From contig CM126209.1 of assembly GCA_052327205.1 (NCBI GenBank), positions 250,480,001-250,544,000 on the forward strand: a stretch of 64,000 nt of DNA, in the 5' to 3' direction. This DNA is from Somniosus microcephalus (Eukaryota). Positions 12,869 through 26,755 of the stretch are shown in pieces. The notes under the pieces are model-generated. The model searched no databases. It saw only the letters and a list, made by a program, of their open reading frames with translations, and was not told the origin of the DNA. Numbering within the stretch: the first letter of the stretch is position 1; each line of letters opens with the position of its first letter. Position numbers and translations under genes: made by a program.

Positions 12869-13599
12869 GTAAGTAATGTAATGTTTGTTTCCTAATAATG
12901 CAATTGCATTAGTTGAAATTCAAATGGCTGAGCTACCCTGTGAAGCCGTACACCAAAGTCTTTATTCAAAGAGTCATGTTCTTGTGGGTTACTTGAGGGA
13001 TCGGGTGTCATTTGTGCAATGACCCAAGCACTGTCTGAATAAACATCTAAAATAACTCCGAGACAATTCATTTAAAATTTGAATTGATTCATTTCAGTTT
13101 TTGTGCTTATTCAACTTCCCATAAATTGGTTCTGCTCACACATCCAAGAAACCAGTTCATGTGGAATTGATCTATGAAGCCACAAAGCAAGTACAGTGGG
13201 CATCAAGCTTTCCTTCTTAAGCAGGAGAAATTGCTCCTCCACTGCTATCAGACGATAGAAATCGCTTCTGAAAATTAGCTTGCCGTCCAAATAATTTTAA
13301 AACAGTAACATTCTTAAAACGCAACGGCTTGATAAATTAATTTGTGGTATTTAACGGCGATGGTCTGGAGTTGTATTTATAATGCTATCTGTTGCAGATG
13401 TTATTTGAAATTCGGCTGGGAGAATGGGTTTACACATTCGTCCTGTATTTGTAACTTATGCTAATATGTGGTCTGCAGTGGTCAATACTCTCAATTGCAG
13501 AGCAAGGAGCTGGGTGTCGCACAACGCAACGCAGTGGTAATTTATAAATGCAGTGGTCTATTGTCCGTTCTTTAGAAATAATTGGTAACTTTCATCCAT

Positions 13600-14055
13600 T
13601 TCTATTCCTGGACAATATTTATCCCTCAATCAACATAACAAAAACAGATTGACATGAATCAGTCATTCATGAAAGAAAGGCATATGAAATAATACTGAGC
13701 GGCCTACGGGTGGCGCTGTCCAGGGAGAGTATAAATACTCGGGCACGGGCCCAGCTTGCGCTGGACATTCTTAACAGGAACTAGTGAAGGACACAACTAG
13801 ACCTCCATGTTGTAAAACAGTCGATTAAAGCTTTGTTTAACGCTTAGATCAATTGCCTAGTAGTTTTCTTACGTCACAGATTACCTGGTCATTATCACAT
13901 TGCTGTGTGTGGGAGCTTGCTGTGCGCGAATTGGCTGCCACGTTTCCAACGTTACAACAGTGACCACACTTCTAAAAAAGTACTTCATTGGCTGTAAAGC
14001 GCTTTGGGATGTCCGGTGGTCATGAAAGGCGCTATATAAATGCAAGTTGTTTTTT
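13600..14055 (+). mobile_element. Deu-domain SINE 3' half, interrupted by a solo LTR
   Basis: TCCTGGACAATATTTATCCCTCAA..CAGATT / ACCTGGTCATTATCACATTGCTG..AAAGGCGCTATATAAATGCAAG. Confidence 0.75.
13650..13876 (+). mobile_element. Solo LTR, ~227-bp family, copy 1
   Basis: TGAC...GTCA termini, perfect 5-bp TSD CAGAT, internal TATAAATA and ATTAAA. Confidence 0.85.
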
Positions 14056-14282
14056 TATATGACTATTACCTGTGAATCAAATTGATAGATCCTCAGAATT
14101 AATTTTCGTAAAAAATACGTGCGAATTGTAATTTCCTAAATCCCATTAGCTTTCTTCATTGGCATGTGTGATAAACAAGATGGACTGTTTGTGATTGGAG
14201 AGCAGCCCACTAATCTAATATGGATCCAGCTGCCTTGGTGTGGACTACTGAGCTCAGAAACACAAGCTGCATGAAAAAATAT

Positions 14283-15028
14283 TGGCCCATATATTCCGAT
14301 TCCTACGGGTGTGTAGGAGCCATGTACACACCCCTAGGTACATCCGAAATGCCGGTTTCAGGTGTGCCCAGCGCATGCGCTGAAAACCGGTATTTCCGAT
14401 CTGTCAAGAATGCTCTTGACAGATCGGACGCCTGGCCTGGAGAAGGGCCTCTGCGGGGGGAGAGTTCCGCTTTCTGGAGAACCTCCGCCCGCAGAAAACC
14501 CTTAGAAATCTTACGCCTGGTAAAAGCCTGCATAAGGCCTGCTTTTACCAGCATAAGAGTTGAAAAAAAAGTTTAAAAAAAATTTCACTCATTTATAATT
14601 TTAAAATACTTTTTAAAAAGGTAAGTTTATATTTAGCCCCATATAAAAAATTAATTATTTTTTTCAAAAAATTAAATTTTTGTTTAAAATATTTAATTTA
14701 TTGTAATTTGAACTCATTTTAAAAAGGTGATTTAAAAAAAAAATTTATTTGATGTTTTACTGTGTTTTTGGGGTGATCTCCATTCATATATTTGACAGGT
14801 CTATCTGGAGATTCCCTTCTGTTATTGGCTCCCCATGGCCCACATGATCCCAGGGACACTTGCGAACTTCATGCGCCCCTGGGATACGTGGGCCCTGCGC
14901 ATTTTGAGTTTGGAGAGGCCCAGGAGCGGAAGTGTACGCACCTCGGGAGCCCTCAGGTAAGTTCGTAGATTTTTTTCCGATAGGAGGCCTCCACACGCAG
15001 GTAGCCTCCGATCAGAAATTACGGGCCA
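14283..15028. mobile_element. Harbinger-type MITE, related to 46355-47117
   Basis: TIRs TGGCCCATATATTCCGAT / ATCAGAAATTACGGGCCA, GC-rich arms and an AT-rich core. TSD ambiguous. Confidence 0.7.
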
Positions 15029-15029
15029 A

Positions 15030-17945
15030 TGTTACATCGAATCTGGAGCACAGAAACAGGCTATTCGGCCCAAACCGGTGTTCATGCTCCACACGAGTCT
15101 TCTCCCAGCTCTCTTCATCTCACCCTATCAGCATCACCTTCTATTCCTTGCTCCCTCATGTGCTTATCTAGCTTTCCCTTAAATGCATCTATGTGCTTTG
15201 CCTCAAGAACTCCTTGGGGTAGCGCGTTCCACATTCTGACGAATCTCTCGGCAATAAAGTTTCTCCTGAATTCCCTATTGGATTTATTACTGACTACATT
15301 ATATTTATGACCTCTAGTTTCAAACACCACCACAAGTGGAAACATTTTTCTCTACATTTACCCTATCAAACCCTTCCAGAACTTTAAAGACCTCTATCAG
15401 GTCACACCTCACTCAGCCTTCTGATTTCTAGAGAAAAAAACCCTGGCCTGTTCAGCCTTTCCTGATAGGCATATCCTCTCAGTTCTGGTATCATCCTTGT
15501 GAATCTTTGTTGCACGTTCTCTTATGCCTTGATATCATATTTATAATATGGAGACCAGAACTGTGCACAGTACTCCAAGTTTGATCTAACCAAGGTTCGC
15601 TGCAAGTTTAACATAAGTCTCTGGTTTTCAACTCTATCCCTCTAGAAATGAATCCCAGTGCTTGGTTTGCTTTTTTAAATGGCCTTATTAACCTGCATCA
15701 CTACTTTTAGTGATTTGTGAATATGTATCCCTAGATCCCTTTGCTCCTCAACCCCATTTAGACTCTTAGGGGGAAAATTTGGTTGCTTTGCCCCTCCTGT
15801 TAGCGCTCTAAGAGGGCGCTAATGGGGCGCAAAGCAACTAGCGCCCGGGCGTGGCGATGTTTGTGCCGCTTGCGAAATTGACCAGACATTTTGCGGCGGC
15901 GCTAAACACTGCCGCCATGATCTCCTGCGCCCACAGATCATGATGTCAGTCGAGCGTGCAATGGTCCGGTAGCGGCCCGGACCGCATATTGAGTGGCGGC
16001 CCCTGCTTTACCGCCTGCCACTAGCAATGACAGGTTGAGGGGAGCGTTTTGCAGTTGGGAAGGGACTGGGGGAGCACTATTTAATAGCAGCCGCTTCCTG
16101 CCTTTTTTTGTCTGTGACATTTTTGCACCACGCATTCTGAGAGAGAGAGACTTCTGGAGAGATTCAACGCTGTGTGAAGGAGTTTTGGTAACTGAGCAGC
16201 ACTTTGCAGGTTCATTTTGATTTGACCTTCCTTGCATCAATTTAGAAGGGACTGTGGGGGCTGCACTCTGAGCTCTTTCCCTGGGCCTCTCCATTGTTCT
16301 TTCCAGCAGAATTGATGTATAGGTCTCTCCAGGCCGAGATTCAAGGCTGCAATGAGCAGGGTGTGGATGGAGAGCAAGATCGACCCTCCCCTTTAAGAAC
16401 TGGCCAGCGCCATTGTGTCTGTGTTCCATTGCTGACTGACATCACATGAGCTTCGCCAGCGCTCTGAGTTAGCGCCTCACTCCTCAGCATTAGCACCTTA
16501 AGAGATGTGTGTAGCGCCTGATATAGCGCTCAAATCACCTCCAGGGGTGATAGAAGCCAAGTTTGCAGTCGGAGGCGATAATTAGCGCAAGTGCTAAATT
16601 TTGCGCCCGGCCGAAAATTGCGCCCCAAACGGGGCGATACTGAATTTCTCCCCCTTATAATCCAAGCAGTATGTGAATTCTTTATTCTACCTACCAAAAT
16701 GCACAAGCTCACACTGATCTATATTGAAACTAATTTATCAATTACATGCCCATTCTGCTAGTTTATTGATGCTTTCTTTTTGTTAACTACACATCCCAAT
16801 TTGGTGTCATCCGCACATTTTGAAATTGCACTTCTGATTCCCGAGTCCAGATCGTTAATGTGAATTGTGAATAATGGTCCCAGCACTGATCCCTGTGGAA
16901 CACCACTTCTCACCTTTTGCCAGCCTGAGTAGCTACCATTGACCTCTACTCTTTGTTTTCTTTCTTGTAACCAGCTTGCTGTCCATTCTGCTACCTGTTC
17001 CCTGACTCCACATGCTCTGACCTTAGTCATGAGTCTACTGTGCAGTACCTATTGGATGCCTTTTGAAAATCCAAATATATTACATCTACTGCAATATCCT
17101 TGTATACTCTTTATGTGACTTCTTCAAAGAATTCAAGAAGACTGGTCAAGCATGACCTTTCTTTTGAAATTCTTGTGGACTATTCTGTTAAATTTTCAAT
17201 TTCTGGATTTTTTCAATTTCATCTTTCCATTATCTTTCCTACCAATGTTAAGCTAATTGATCTATAGTTGCCTGGACTTGTTCTATCACCCTTTTTGAAT
17301 GCAGGAATCACATTAGCTGTCCGTCACTCCTCTGATTGTATTTCCTTTTCTAATGAATTTTTTATATATATGTGATAGTGCCTCTGCTGTCTCTTCCCTA
17401 ACTATTTTAATATGTATGGATGCAATCCAAGTGGACCAGGGATTTTATCCACTCTAAGTTTGATAAGTTTATCACTTATCTTCCCCCTTTCTATCTTAAT
17501 TGGCTTTATATCTGTTTTACTCTCTTCTAATGTCATGCCCACCATGTTAGTCTCCCTGATAAATACTGAAGCAAAGTAACTATTCAATATTTCTGCCATT
17601 TTGCCATCATTACCTGTGAGTTCATCATATGCATCCCTTCATGGCCCTATCCTTATTCTGATTCTTGTTTTGTTATTTATGTGCCTGTAGAATACTTTAC
17701 AATTTCTTTTTATATTCCTTGATAATTTAATTTCATAGTTCCTTTTTGTTTTCCTAGTTGTTTTTGACTTCTTTCCTAACTTCTTCATATTCCAATTAGT
17801 AATCCTTTCTTTTATTGTCTATGTACTTAGAGTATTCTTGTTTATTCAGTTTAAATTTTACCCTTATGTCTTTATTAACTTCATTGGCTCTAAAGCACTT
17901 TGGGATGTCCTGAGACCATAAAAGGTGCTGTATAAATGCAATTCA

Positions 17946-17976
<31 letters not shown>

Positions 17977-18830
17977 TGTTTTGTAGAGGAATATATTTCT
18001 GCTGAACTCCATTGATCACTGTTTTTAATACATAGAAACATAGAAACATAGAAGATAGGAGCAGGAGTAGGCCATTCGGCCCCTCGAACCTGCTCTGCCA
18101 TTCAATGAGATCATGGCTGATCATCCAAATTCAGCACCCTGTCCCTGCCTTCTCCCCATATCCCTTGATCCCCTTAGCCTTAAGAAATATATCTAACTCC
18201 TTCTTGAATATATTTAATGAATTGGCCTCCACTGCCTTCTGTGGTAGAGAATTTCACAGGTTCACCACTCTCTGGGTGAAGTAATTCCTCCTCATCTCTG
18301 TCCTAAATGGCTTACCCCTTATCCTTAGATTGTGACCCCTGATTCTGGACTCCCCCGCCATCAGAAACATCCTTCCTGCATCTAGTCTGGCTAGTCCTGT
18401 TAGAATTTTATAAGTTTCAATATTTCCCACTGCTGTTCTATCTCTTTGTAATTTTTTTTCCAGTTTACTTTCCCTAGTTGCATTCTCATCCCCTCAAAAT
18501 TAACTTTTTCTTTCCAATCTAATACTTTGTCCTTTGTCTTACTTATGTCTTTCTGAATCATTATTTTAAACCTTATTATTTTATGATCGCTATTGCCTAG
18601 ATGTTCGCCTACACTTACTTCTCTTACCTGCTCTGGCTCATTTCCTGTTACTAGATCCAGTATTGATTCCTCTCTGGGTGGGTTTCTTATGTACAGGGTA
18701 AGAAAGGAGGCCTGTACACACTGTAAAAACTCCATTTACTTTTCCTCTTTTCCGACTTCTTAATGCCAATTTATTTGGGGGTAGTTAAAATCTTGCATGA
18801 TTATTATTCAATGTCTTTTACTCTATTAAA
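15030..18830 (-). mobile_element. Old degenerate CR1 LINE (APE to 3' UTR) with nested MITE, SINE tail and a younger CR1 3' fragment (about 18028-18420)
   Basis: Minus-strand peptides [46 protein letters not shown]. Confidence 0.85.
15769..16654. mobile_element. Harbinger deletion derivative (MITE) with TTA TSD
   Basis: TIRs GGGGGAAAATTT / AATTTCTCCCCC with perfect TTA TSD, inside a CR1. Retains a minus-strand Myb start remnant MERPRERAQ, like MQKARERAQ at 27344. Confidence 0.85.
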
Positions 18831-18917
18831 TTGTGGTACCACAATTAGAGGATTGCTATAAGGTAATGCAGAGATGGACTTACAAACGCTGCCACTTTTC
18901 CTGCCTTCATAATGATG

Positions 18918-19355
18918 GTGTCAGCTATGACTCACTCTTGCCTATGAGTCAGTAGGTAGTGGGTTCAAGTCCCACTCCAGAGACTATGAGCACATAATAC
19001 AGGCTGACACTCCAGTGCAGCACTGTCGGAGGCGCCATCTTTCAGATGAGATGTTAAACCGAGGCCCCATTTGCCCTCCCAGGTGGATATAGAAGATCCC
19101 ATTTCTAAGAAGAGCAGGGGAGTTCTCCCCAGTGTCCAGGCCAAATATCACCTCTCTACCAACACCACCAAAAACAGATTATCTGGTCATTATTTCATTG
19201 CTGTCTGTGGGAGCTTGCTGTGTGCAAATTGGCTACTGCATTTCCTACATTACAACAGTGACTACAGTTCAAATGTTCTTCATTGGCTATAAAGCACTTT
19301 GGAACATCCTGAAGTCATGAAAGCTGCTATAGAAATACAAGTCTTTCTTTCTTTT
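18918..19355 (+). mobile_element. Near full-length tRNA-head Deu-domain SINE
   Basis: B-box-like GGTTCAAGTCC, Deu core TCTTTCAGATGAGATGTTAAACCGAGGCCCC and an L2-like tail. Confidence 0.8.
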
Positions 19356-20277
19356 TATTACAGCATTTCTTGCTGATCTGAAGATGCCCACAGTTTGATA
19401 GCAATGGTTTCCCTGTAGCTGTTCCTGTCTGACTCATACTTCACTTTATTCCGATTTATGTGCTATGCCAATTCATACTCAGAAAGTCGTGTAAAGCCCC
19501 TTCTTTGTTGTAGATTCTTGGCACAAAGTACAGACCTTAGTTCATTAAAACTAATGGTTGGGGGGAAAAAAACTATTGTCTGTCAACCTAGGAGGTTGTC
19601 AAACCTTAACATTAAATAGCTGCCAATGGTTTGTTACAAGTACCTCAGAGCTGCGTAAGGAGCAACACAGGACGTCCTGGGGTCATGAAAGGCACTACAT
19701 AAATGCAAGTGCTTTTTTTTTACCCTTTGTTTTCAGTCTGATAGTTAATGCTGCAGAGGTTTTTATCTGAAGCCTTGCACTGACACAGATATGAAAGCGT
19801 AAAGATGCCACAATGAGGTTAGTCATTTTTATGAAAAGATATCTCCCAGCATTTTTTTGCCTGCCATGAGAGTAGAGGAAAGCTAATGCAGCACTGCATG
19901 AGTTTTGCTGAATGGGTTCTGCCAGTAATGTCAATTCATGTGACTTTCACAGAATAAAGCTGGTGTGAAACAGTAGGGTCTATACTGGTACTGCTCTGGG
20001 CAGCAAGACAGTGAAGCTTCTGCCACCCTTTGACAAAGGATGCTGGCACACATTTACATAGAGGCAGCAGAAGGCACTCCTGTTGAGAAGGTGGGAGAGA
20101 GACACGAAGCAGCATGTGTGTTCCAAATTCATGCCTCCTCCTGATTTGCAACTTACATGAACAGGCTCACATGGAGAACATTAGTTTCACACTTCATTAC
20201 TCTCAAAGGCAATGGTGAATCGGCAGAGAGTACGAATACCAATGTATTCACAAATGTACCTCCTGCGCTCTTTACAG

Positions 20278-20380
20278 ATCGCGGCGCAGAAATCGGCTGT
20301 GAGCAGGCGGAGCCAGAGCAGCCTCAGTACCTCAGCATACCCAGCGGCACCGCTAGTGCTCAGCGGCTCCAGTTTACGTG
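20278..20380 (+). other. Candidate 103-nt host coding exon
   Basis: Acceptor CTCCTGCGCTCTTTACAG and donor G/GTAAAG flank CpG-rich unique sequence with two open frames. Product not recognised. Confidence 0.3.
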
Positions 20381-23300
20381 GTAAAGCCTTAGGGTTTACA
20401 GATGTGGAGAGGGAGAAAGAAGGGCTGGATGCCTTGCGGTGCTGTAATGATTGAGGGTACAAGGTGAAGAAGTGGTAGAGGTTGAGGCGACTGGTTGGGG
20501 ACAACAGGAGCAAAATGGGTACCTGTAGCGCTGGCTGGCCCAACCCGCCTTACCTGGGCTCTTTGAGTTTGGAGTGCTTAGTCTTTCTGCATTGAAAAAG
20601 AGGCAGACTAAGCTCATGGACAGTATGGAGAAGTTCCTTGACTTAACTCCACTGGTGATGGATAGATGGATGATTTTCTTTCTGTATCCATCAAGTCCCA
20701 TTCACCCATCACCTGTGTTCTCGTTGACCTACATTAGCTCCCAGTCTGACAAAACTTCAAATTTAAAATTCTCATCTTTGTTTTCAAATCCCGCCATGGC
20801 CTATCTCTATAAATTCCTCCAGTCCTACAACCCTCTGGGATTTCTGCACTCCCCAGCTTTGGTCTCATGCACATCCTTGATTCCCTTCACTCCACCATTG
20901 GTGGCCGTGCCTTCAGCTATCTGGGCCCTAAGCTCTGGAATTCCCTTCCTAAAACTCGCCACCTCTTTACCTCTTTCTCTCCTCCTTTAAGGTTCTCCTC
21001 AAAATCTACCTCTGTGACCAAGCTTTAGGTCACCTGTCCTAATATCTCTCAATGTTGCTCGGTGTCAAATTTTGTTTGATAATTGTAATGTATGTACCTT
21101 TAAGGGGGGAACTACTTTTTACAGCTCATGTATACTGTAGTACCGGCAGTGACCACACCTGTATATAGCACTGAGTAGTAATCTGTACAGGCAGTTGCAG
21201 TGTGAGCCACGTTGAGTAAACACCTGTTGTACCATTCTCCGCAGTCTGTGTCTTAATATACACGGACGTAACATTGGCGACGAGGCAGGTTCGAACCTAC
21301 CTGCAACTCTGCATCACCTCCCGGGGATTTGTTCCTGGAGATCAGTGGATTGGAGGTCAAGGCCAGAGACTCGGGCGTCGACCACGGGCAACCGCCCAGT
21401 CATCCAGCAGAGACTCGAGAATTGTGGGGGAGGCTGTCGAGAGCCAGGCTTGGCTTTCCAGTCGAGGTGGTCCAGCGAAACGGGCTGGCAACAGGTAGTG
21501 CGCAGACCCTTCCCGGACAGCGGCAGGCTAGAGCCCGACCGAGTGGCACAGCAAAGGGCTGAGCAGCGTCGATGGGGGAGACAGAGAGAGGGCAGAGCGC
21601 ACAGGGCGCAGCCGGTGTTCAGGGGCCGAGCAGCGTCGGAGAGAGGGAGAGAGAGATGCGCAGAAACCCGTGAGGTGCCGCCATTGCCACGAGGACCGCC
21701 GAGAGTGGCATTGGCAGCAGCGGGGGAGGAAGGAAAGCACGGGAGATGCCATTTTAAGCCATTGGGAGACACCATTTTAAACCACACCCAAAATGCCGAA
21801 GAGTGGCAGTATCACCGCATTTGACAATGAAGTCGAAGATTGGACTACATATGTCGAACGAATAGAGGTGCACTGCAATGCAAATGAGGTGTCAGATGAC
21901 AAGAAAGCGTCAGTATTGTTAAATTTAATGGGTGCAAAGACGTATGGTTTATTACGAAATCTAGTAACCCCAACGAAGCCAATGGAAAAGAGTTTTGAAG
22001 ACATAGTAACGATACTAAAGGAACATTTAAATCCCACACCGCTGCTGATAGCAGAAAGATTCAAGTTTCACAAACAGAACCAGCATAAGGATGAAAGCAA
22101 TGCTGATTATTTAACAGAACTGCGCAAACTATCGAAACACTGCCAGTTTGGAGCGGGACTGGCAGATACGATAAGGGACAAGTTTGTGTGTGGGCTTCAA
22201 AGTGAAGGAACCCAGAAACGGCTTTTATCTGAAAAGGACCTTACGCTGGAAAAGGCTTACAGCATTGCGGTATCATATGAAGCAGCAGCACGGGGCGCTG
22301 CAGAGATACAACAGAGACCGCAAGAATATGGCACAAACGAAATGTCATATGGAACAGAGAAGTGCTATCGCTGCGGCAGAACAACACACGACCAGAATGA
22401 TTGCTGGTTCAAAGACAAAGTGTGCAGACAGTGTGGAAAAGTTGGACATATAGCACGAGCCTGCAGGTCAGGAAAGAAAACCAACAATAAGAAACCTACC
22501 AAAGGAAAGTACAAGAAGGTACATAAGATGACGGAGAATAGTTCAGACGAACAAAAGAGTGATAACGTCTCCGAAAGCAGGGAACTGAGTTGTCTGAAAC
22601 TACATAATGTGATCACAACAGAGGATCACCAAACCAGTTGGGTCACTCTCAAGTTAGCAGGAGTCCAGGTAAAGATGGAATTGGACACAGGATCAGCCCT
22701 AACAGTCATAAACCGACGGGACTACGAGCGGCTATTCTCACACATACCCTTGAGAGACACAAAAATTATTTTGAAGACGTACACGGGGCAAAAAGTCTAC
22801 ACCAAAGGAAAAATAAGGGTGACCATTTAATATATAACGGTAAGGAAACACCAAAACTAGACCTGTATGTATTGCAAGATGGAGGACCACCATTACTGGG
22901 ACATGAATGGATCCGGAAAATACAACTGGATTGGCATTCCATACAGGCACTGCCTGTGGCTGACAAAAAGGATGACGACGTCACACCTGGGCGACTGTCA
23001 AAGATCCTAACTGACGCGAAAGAAGTGTTCCAGCAAGGACTCGGAACAATAAAAGGCATGACAGCGACGATTAAAATTGAAGAAAACGCAATCCCAAAAT
23101 TTTTTAAGGCGATCCGCCCAGCCGTCGAAGCAGAGCTGGAGAGTCTGGAACGTTCAGGTGTGCTGTCCAAGGTAGACTGGAGCGAGTGGGCTACACCCAT
23201 CATCCCTTTGATGAAAAAGTCGTCGAGCAGCACGCCTGGGGAACCAAGGAAGGTTCGCATCTGTGGGGACTTTAAGGTAACAGTGAACCCGGTCCTTCAC

Positions 23301-25356
23301 ACCGTACAATATCCACTTCCGCGGATTGAAGATATTTTCGCCTCGCTATCTGGAGGGAAACGCTTCACTAAGATTGATCTGGCCCAGGCGTATCTGCAAA
23401 TGGTGGTAGAAGAAGCATCAAAAAAATACCTCAAAATCAACACCCATAAAGGTCTCTACCAATACAACCGGCTGGTATTCTGGGTAGCATCAGCTCCGGA
23501 TATTTGGCAGAGGGCAATAGAACAAGTCCTGCAAGAGATCCCAGGGACCCAGTGTTATTTGGACGACATCCTGGTCACGGGCGAAAATGACAGTGATCAC
23601 CTTGCCAACCTGGAGCAGGTGCTCACTAGATTGAAGGAATATGGGCCCCGAGCTAACCGCCCCAAATGCGAGTTTTTTAGAAAACAGATCTCGTATTGTG
23701 GCCACGTTGTCAATAAAGTGGGGTTACATAAGTCCCCAGAGAAGATTGAGGCAGTAGTCAAGGCTCCAGCACCGGAAAATGTGTAACAACTGAGGTCGTT
23801 CCTCGGGCTGGTAAACTATTACCATAAGTTCTTGCCAAATTTGTCTACAATACTACACCCACTGAACACGCTACTGCAAACTGGGGTGCCATGGAAGTGG
23901 AGTGACGAATGTAGACGAGCTTTCCAGAAGAGCAAAACACTAATCACATCGAAAGAGGTATTGGCCCATTACAACCCGGCATTACCAATTCGGTTGGCAT
24001 GTGATGCGTCACCCTACGGCATTGGAGCGGTGCTGTCGCACAAATTCTCGGACGGCTCGGAAAGGCCAATAGCCTTTGCGTTACGATCACTAACCTCAGC
24101 TGAGCGTAACTACGCCCAGATTGACAGGGAGGCCCTCAGCCTAGGTTGGGGAGTGAAAAAGTTCAATCACTATCTGCATGGGCAGAAATTCACCTTGCTG
24201 ACTGATCACCAGCCTCTTATCTCCATTTTTAATCCGAAGAAGGGCGTTCCGGTGATGCCTGCGCAACGACTACAAAAATGGTCACTTTATCTAGGGGCGC
24301 ACCACTATGAGATTGAATATAAGGTCACGAAACAGCATAGAAATGCTGATGGGCTATCACGCCTGCCACTGCCTACTGCGGAGGAAGCACCAGCAGTGGA
24401 TCCTGTCGAAATATTCCATTCGACTATAGTTGAATACCTACCGGTAACTAACGCTTGTATCGAAAAGGAAACCCGAAATGACCCGACACTGTCTCGGGTA
24501 TATGATTTGACGGTGAAGGGATGGCCAGCACATGCCGACTCACTGTTGCTAGCATTCTCGACAAGGAGAGAACAGCTGTCAGTGTGCCGGGGGACCTTGA
24601 TGTGTGGATCCCAAGTGGTAATTCCACCCAAGTTAAGGGATAGAGTGCTGGGAGGGGTAAAAATGAAAAGCCTAGCCAGGGCTTATGTGTGGTGGCCGGG
24701 AATCGATAAACAAATCGAGGACCTGAGCAAGAGCTGCTCAGGATGCCAGAAAGTCCAAAATGCACCACCACAGGCCCCTCTACACCCATGGGAGTGGCCC
24801 TCATCTCCATGGCAATGGGTGCATATTGATTCTGCTGGTCCATTCATGGACTCAATGGCCTAGAAATTCAGTTGCGTTCGCCAGCCGTTAACGCCATAAG
24901 AGGCGTAGATTTCCAGCGCTAGGCACTTAGCGCCCGGGCGCAGGCCGATCTGCGCCTACACCCAACTTCAGTTGACATTTAGCGCCGGCGCAAAGTGTTT
25001 GCGCCCGCTCAGCTGCGCGCGCAGCTTATGACGTCATTTCGTCGTGCAACGCTGTTTGTGCGCCCCAAACCGGAAATTCAGTGGCGCCCGCCCAATGTGG
25101 GTGTGGCGCTGTTAAGAACTGTGAACTGGAACGCAGCAGAGGCCCTGCGGGCCTCGGGGAGCGCTAATTAAAGGGCACTTAGACTGAACTATAAAGGCCA
25201 GCCATTTTGCTGCAATGACTTTAGTGCTTTGGATTTCTGGACAGAGACCAAGGAACAGACCTTACTGATTTGGGACAACATAGGAGAGGTATTTTTGGCT
25301 TCTGGCCAGAGCTTTGAAATTAGACTCATTGTGATTTCACTGTTTGCAAGTTTATT

Positions 25357-26500
25357 ATGGGGGCTGCATGGGGTTCCAACCCTCAGTTCCAGCATTATGT
25401 GCGAAGGGCTCGCAGACGCTGTGTGAGAGGGCCAGCCATGCCTAGATGCAGAGGGGCCATCAGGCGTCGGCAACGTAGGCCTTACCCACTCAGGGAATAC
25501 CGGCAGCAGGTGTCCTATCTCACCATGACTGCCGCGCATTGTGTTAAGAGGCTGCGCTTCAGAAGGGAGGTGGTTGCAGAGATCTGCCAGCTGCTTCACA
25601 GAGAACTGCGTCCACAGCTGATGTGCAGGACGTCTCTGTCGGTGGAAGTGAAGGTCACGGTGGCTCTGAACTTTTATGCAAGCGGCTCCTTCCAAGCCGC
25701 TGCTGGGGACATAACGAACATCTCCCAGTTTCGCCGTGCATCGCTGCATCCGGCAGGTCACCGATGCCCTTTTCGCAAGGAGACACCAATTCATCTCCTT
25801 CCCCATGACCCTAGAGAGGCAGGAGCAGCGTGCAGTCGAATTTGCCAGGATCGCCGACTTCCCCATGGTGCAGGGCGCCATTGACTGCACGCATGTGGCT
25901 ATGCGGGCACCTATCGACAATGCCGAGGATTACCACAACCGGAAGGGCTACCATTCCCTCAATGTACAGCTGGTGTGTGACCACAGGCAGCGCATCCTAG
26001 CTGTCAATGCCCGCTTTCCAGGAAGCAGCCACGATGCATTTATCCTGCGCCAGACTACTGTGGCTGACATGTTCGAGGCACAGCCTCCACCAAGGGGATG
26101 GCTTATTGGGGACAAGGGCTACCCTTTGTGTACATGGCTCATGACCCCGCTCCGCGCGCCCAGGACCCCTGCGGAGGAGGCATACAACGAAAGCCATCAA
26201 GCCACAAGGAACATCATAGAGCAAACGATTGGCGTCCTCAAGCAACGGTTCCGCTGCCTGGATCGTTCCGGCGGATCTCTACAGTATTCGCCGGATAGAG
26301 TCTCCCAGTTCGTCGTCGTTTGCTGCATGCTGCACAACCTGGCTATCCGCAGGACTCAGGCACTGCCACCTCACGTTGGACCACCACCTCAGGAGGACGA
26401 GCTGGAGGACCATAAGGAGGAGGAGGAGGAGTACCAGCCCAGGAGGGAGCCACAAGGTCCAAGGGCCGTCCGCCGGCGGCTTATTAAACGACACTTCTAG
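25357..26500 (+). pseudogene. Harbinger (HARBI1-like) DDE transposase with a single +1 frameshift
   Basis: Motifs ALNFYASGSFQ, GAIDCTH, NRKGYHSLNVQLVCD, PGSSHDAFIL, GDKGY, IEQTIGVLKQRFR, CCMLHN. An extra T at 25729-25731 separates the two ORF halves. Confidence 0.93.
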
Positions 26501-26755
26501 GCCCCCTGTCAGGGAATGGCTTGTGGCAATGAACGCACCTGAATGCAGCCGCTACGCAAGCCCTCAGCCGGTTAACGCAACAACCACTTGAAACATGACA
26601 CCTGGACAAGCTGAATAAATAAAAAGCTTTATTTAACAAACTCAGGGCCCTTCCCACATGAAACAGAAAAACAGACAAGACCCCCAAAAAACAGTAAAAA
26701 ACATATCTCACTCCCACAACCTGGGGAGGAATAACAAAAATTGTCCTTCCAATTG

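Noticed and set aside
18950-18985. tRNA gene suggested by the GGTTCAAGTCC B box (also about 1850 and 45246)
   Set aside because: These are tRNA-derived SINE heads followed by SINE body sequence, not cloverleaf tRNAs.
21287-21298. Perfect palindrome AGGTTCGAACCT next to the PBS, as a dimerisation signal
   Set aside because: Not palindromic in the related Gypsy C; it may only reflect tRNA T-arm complementarity.
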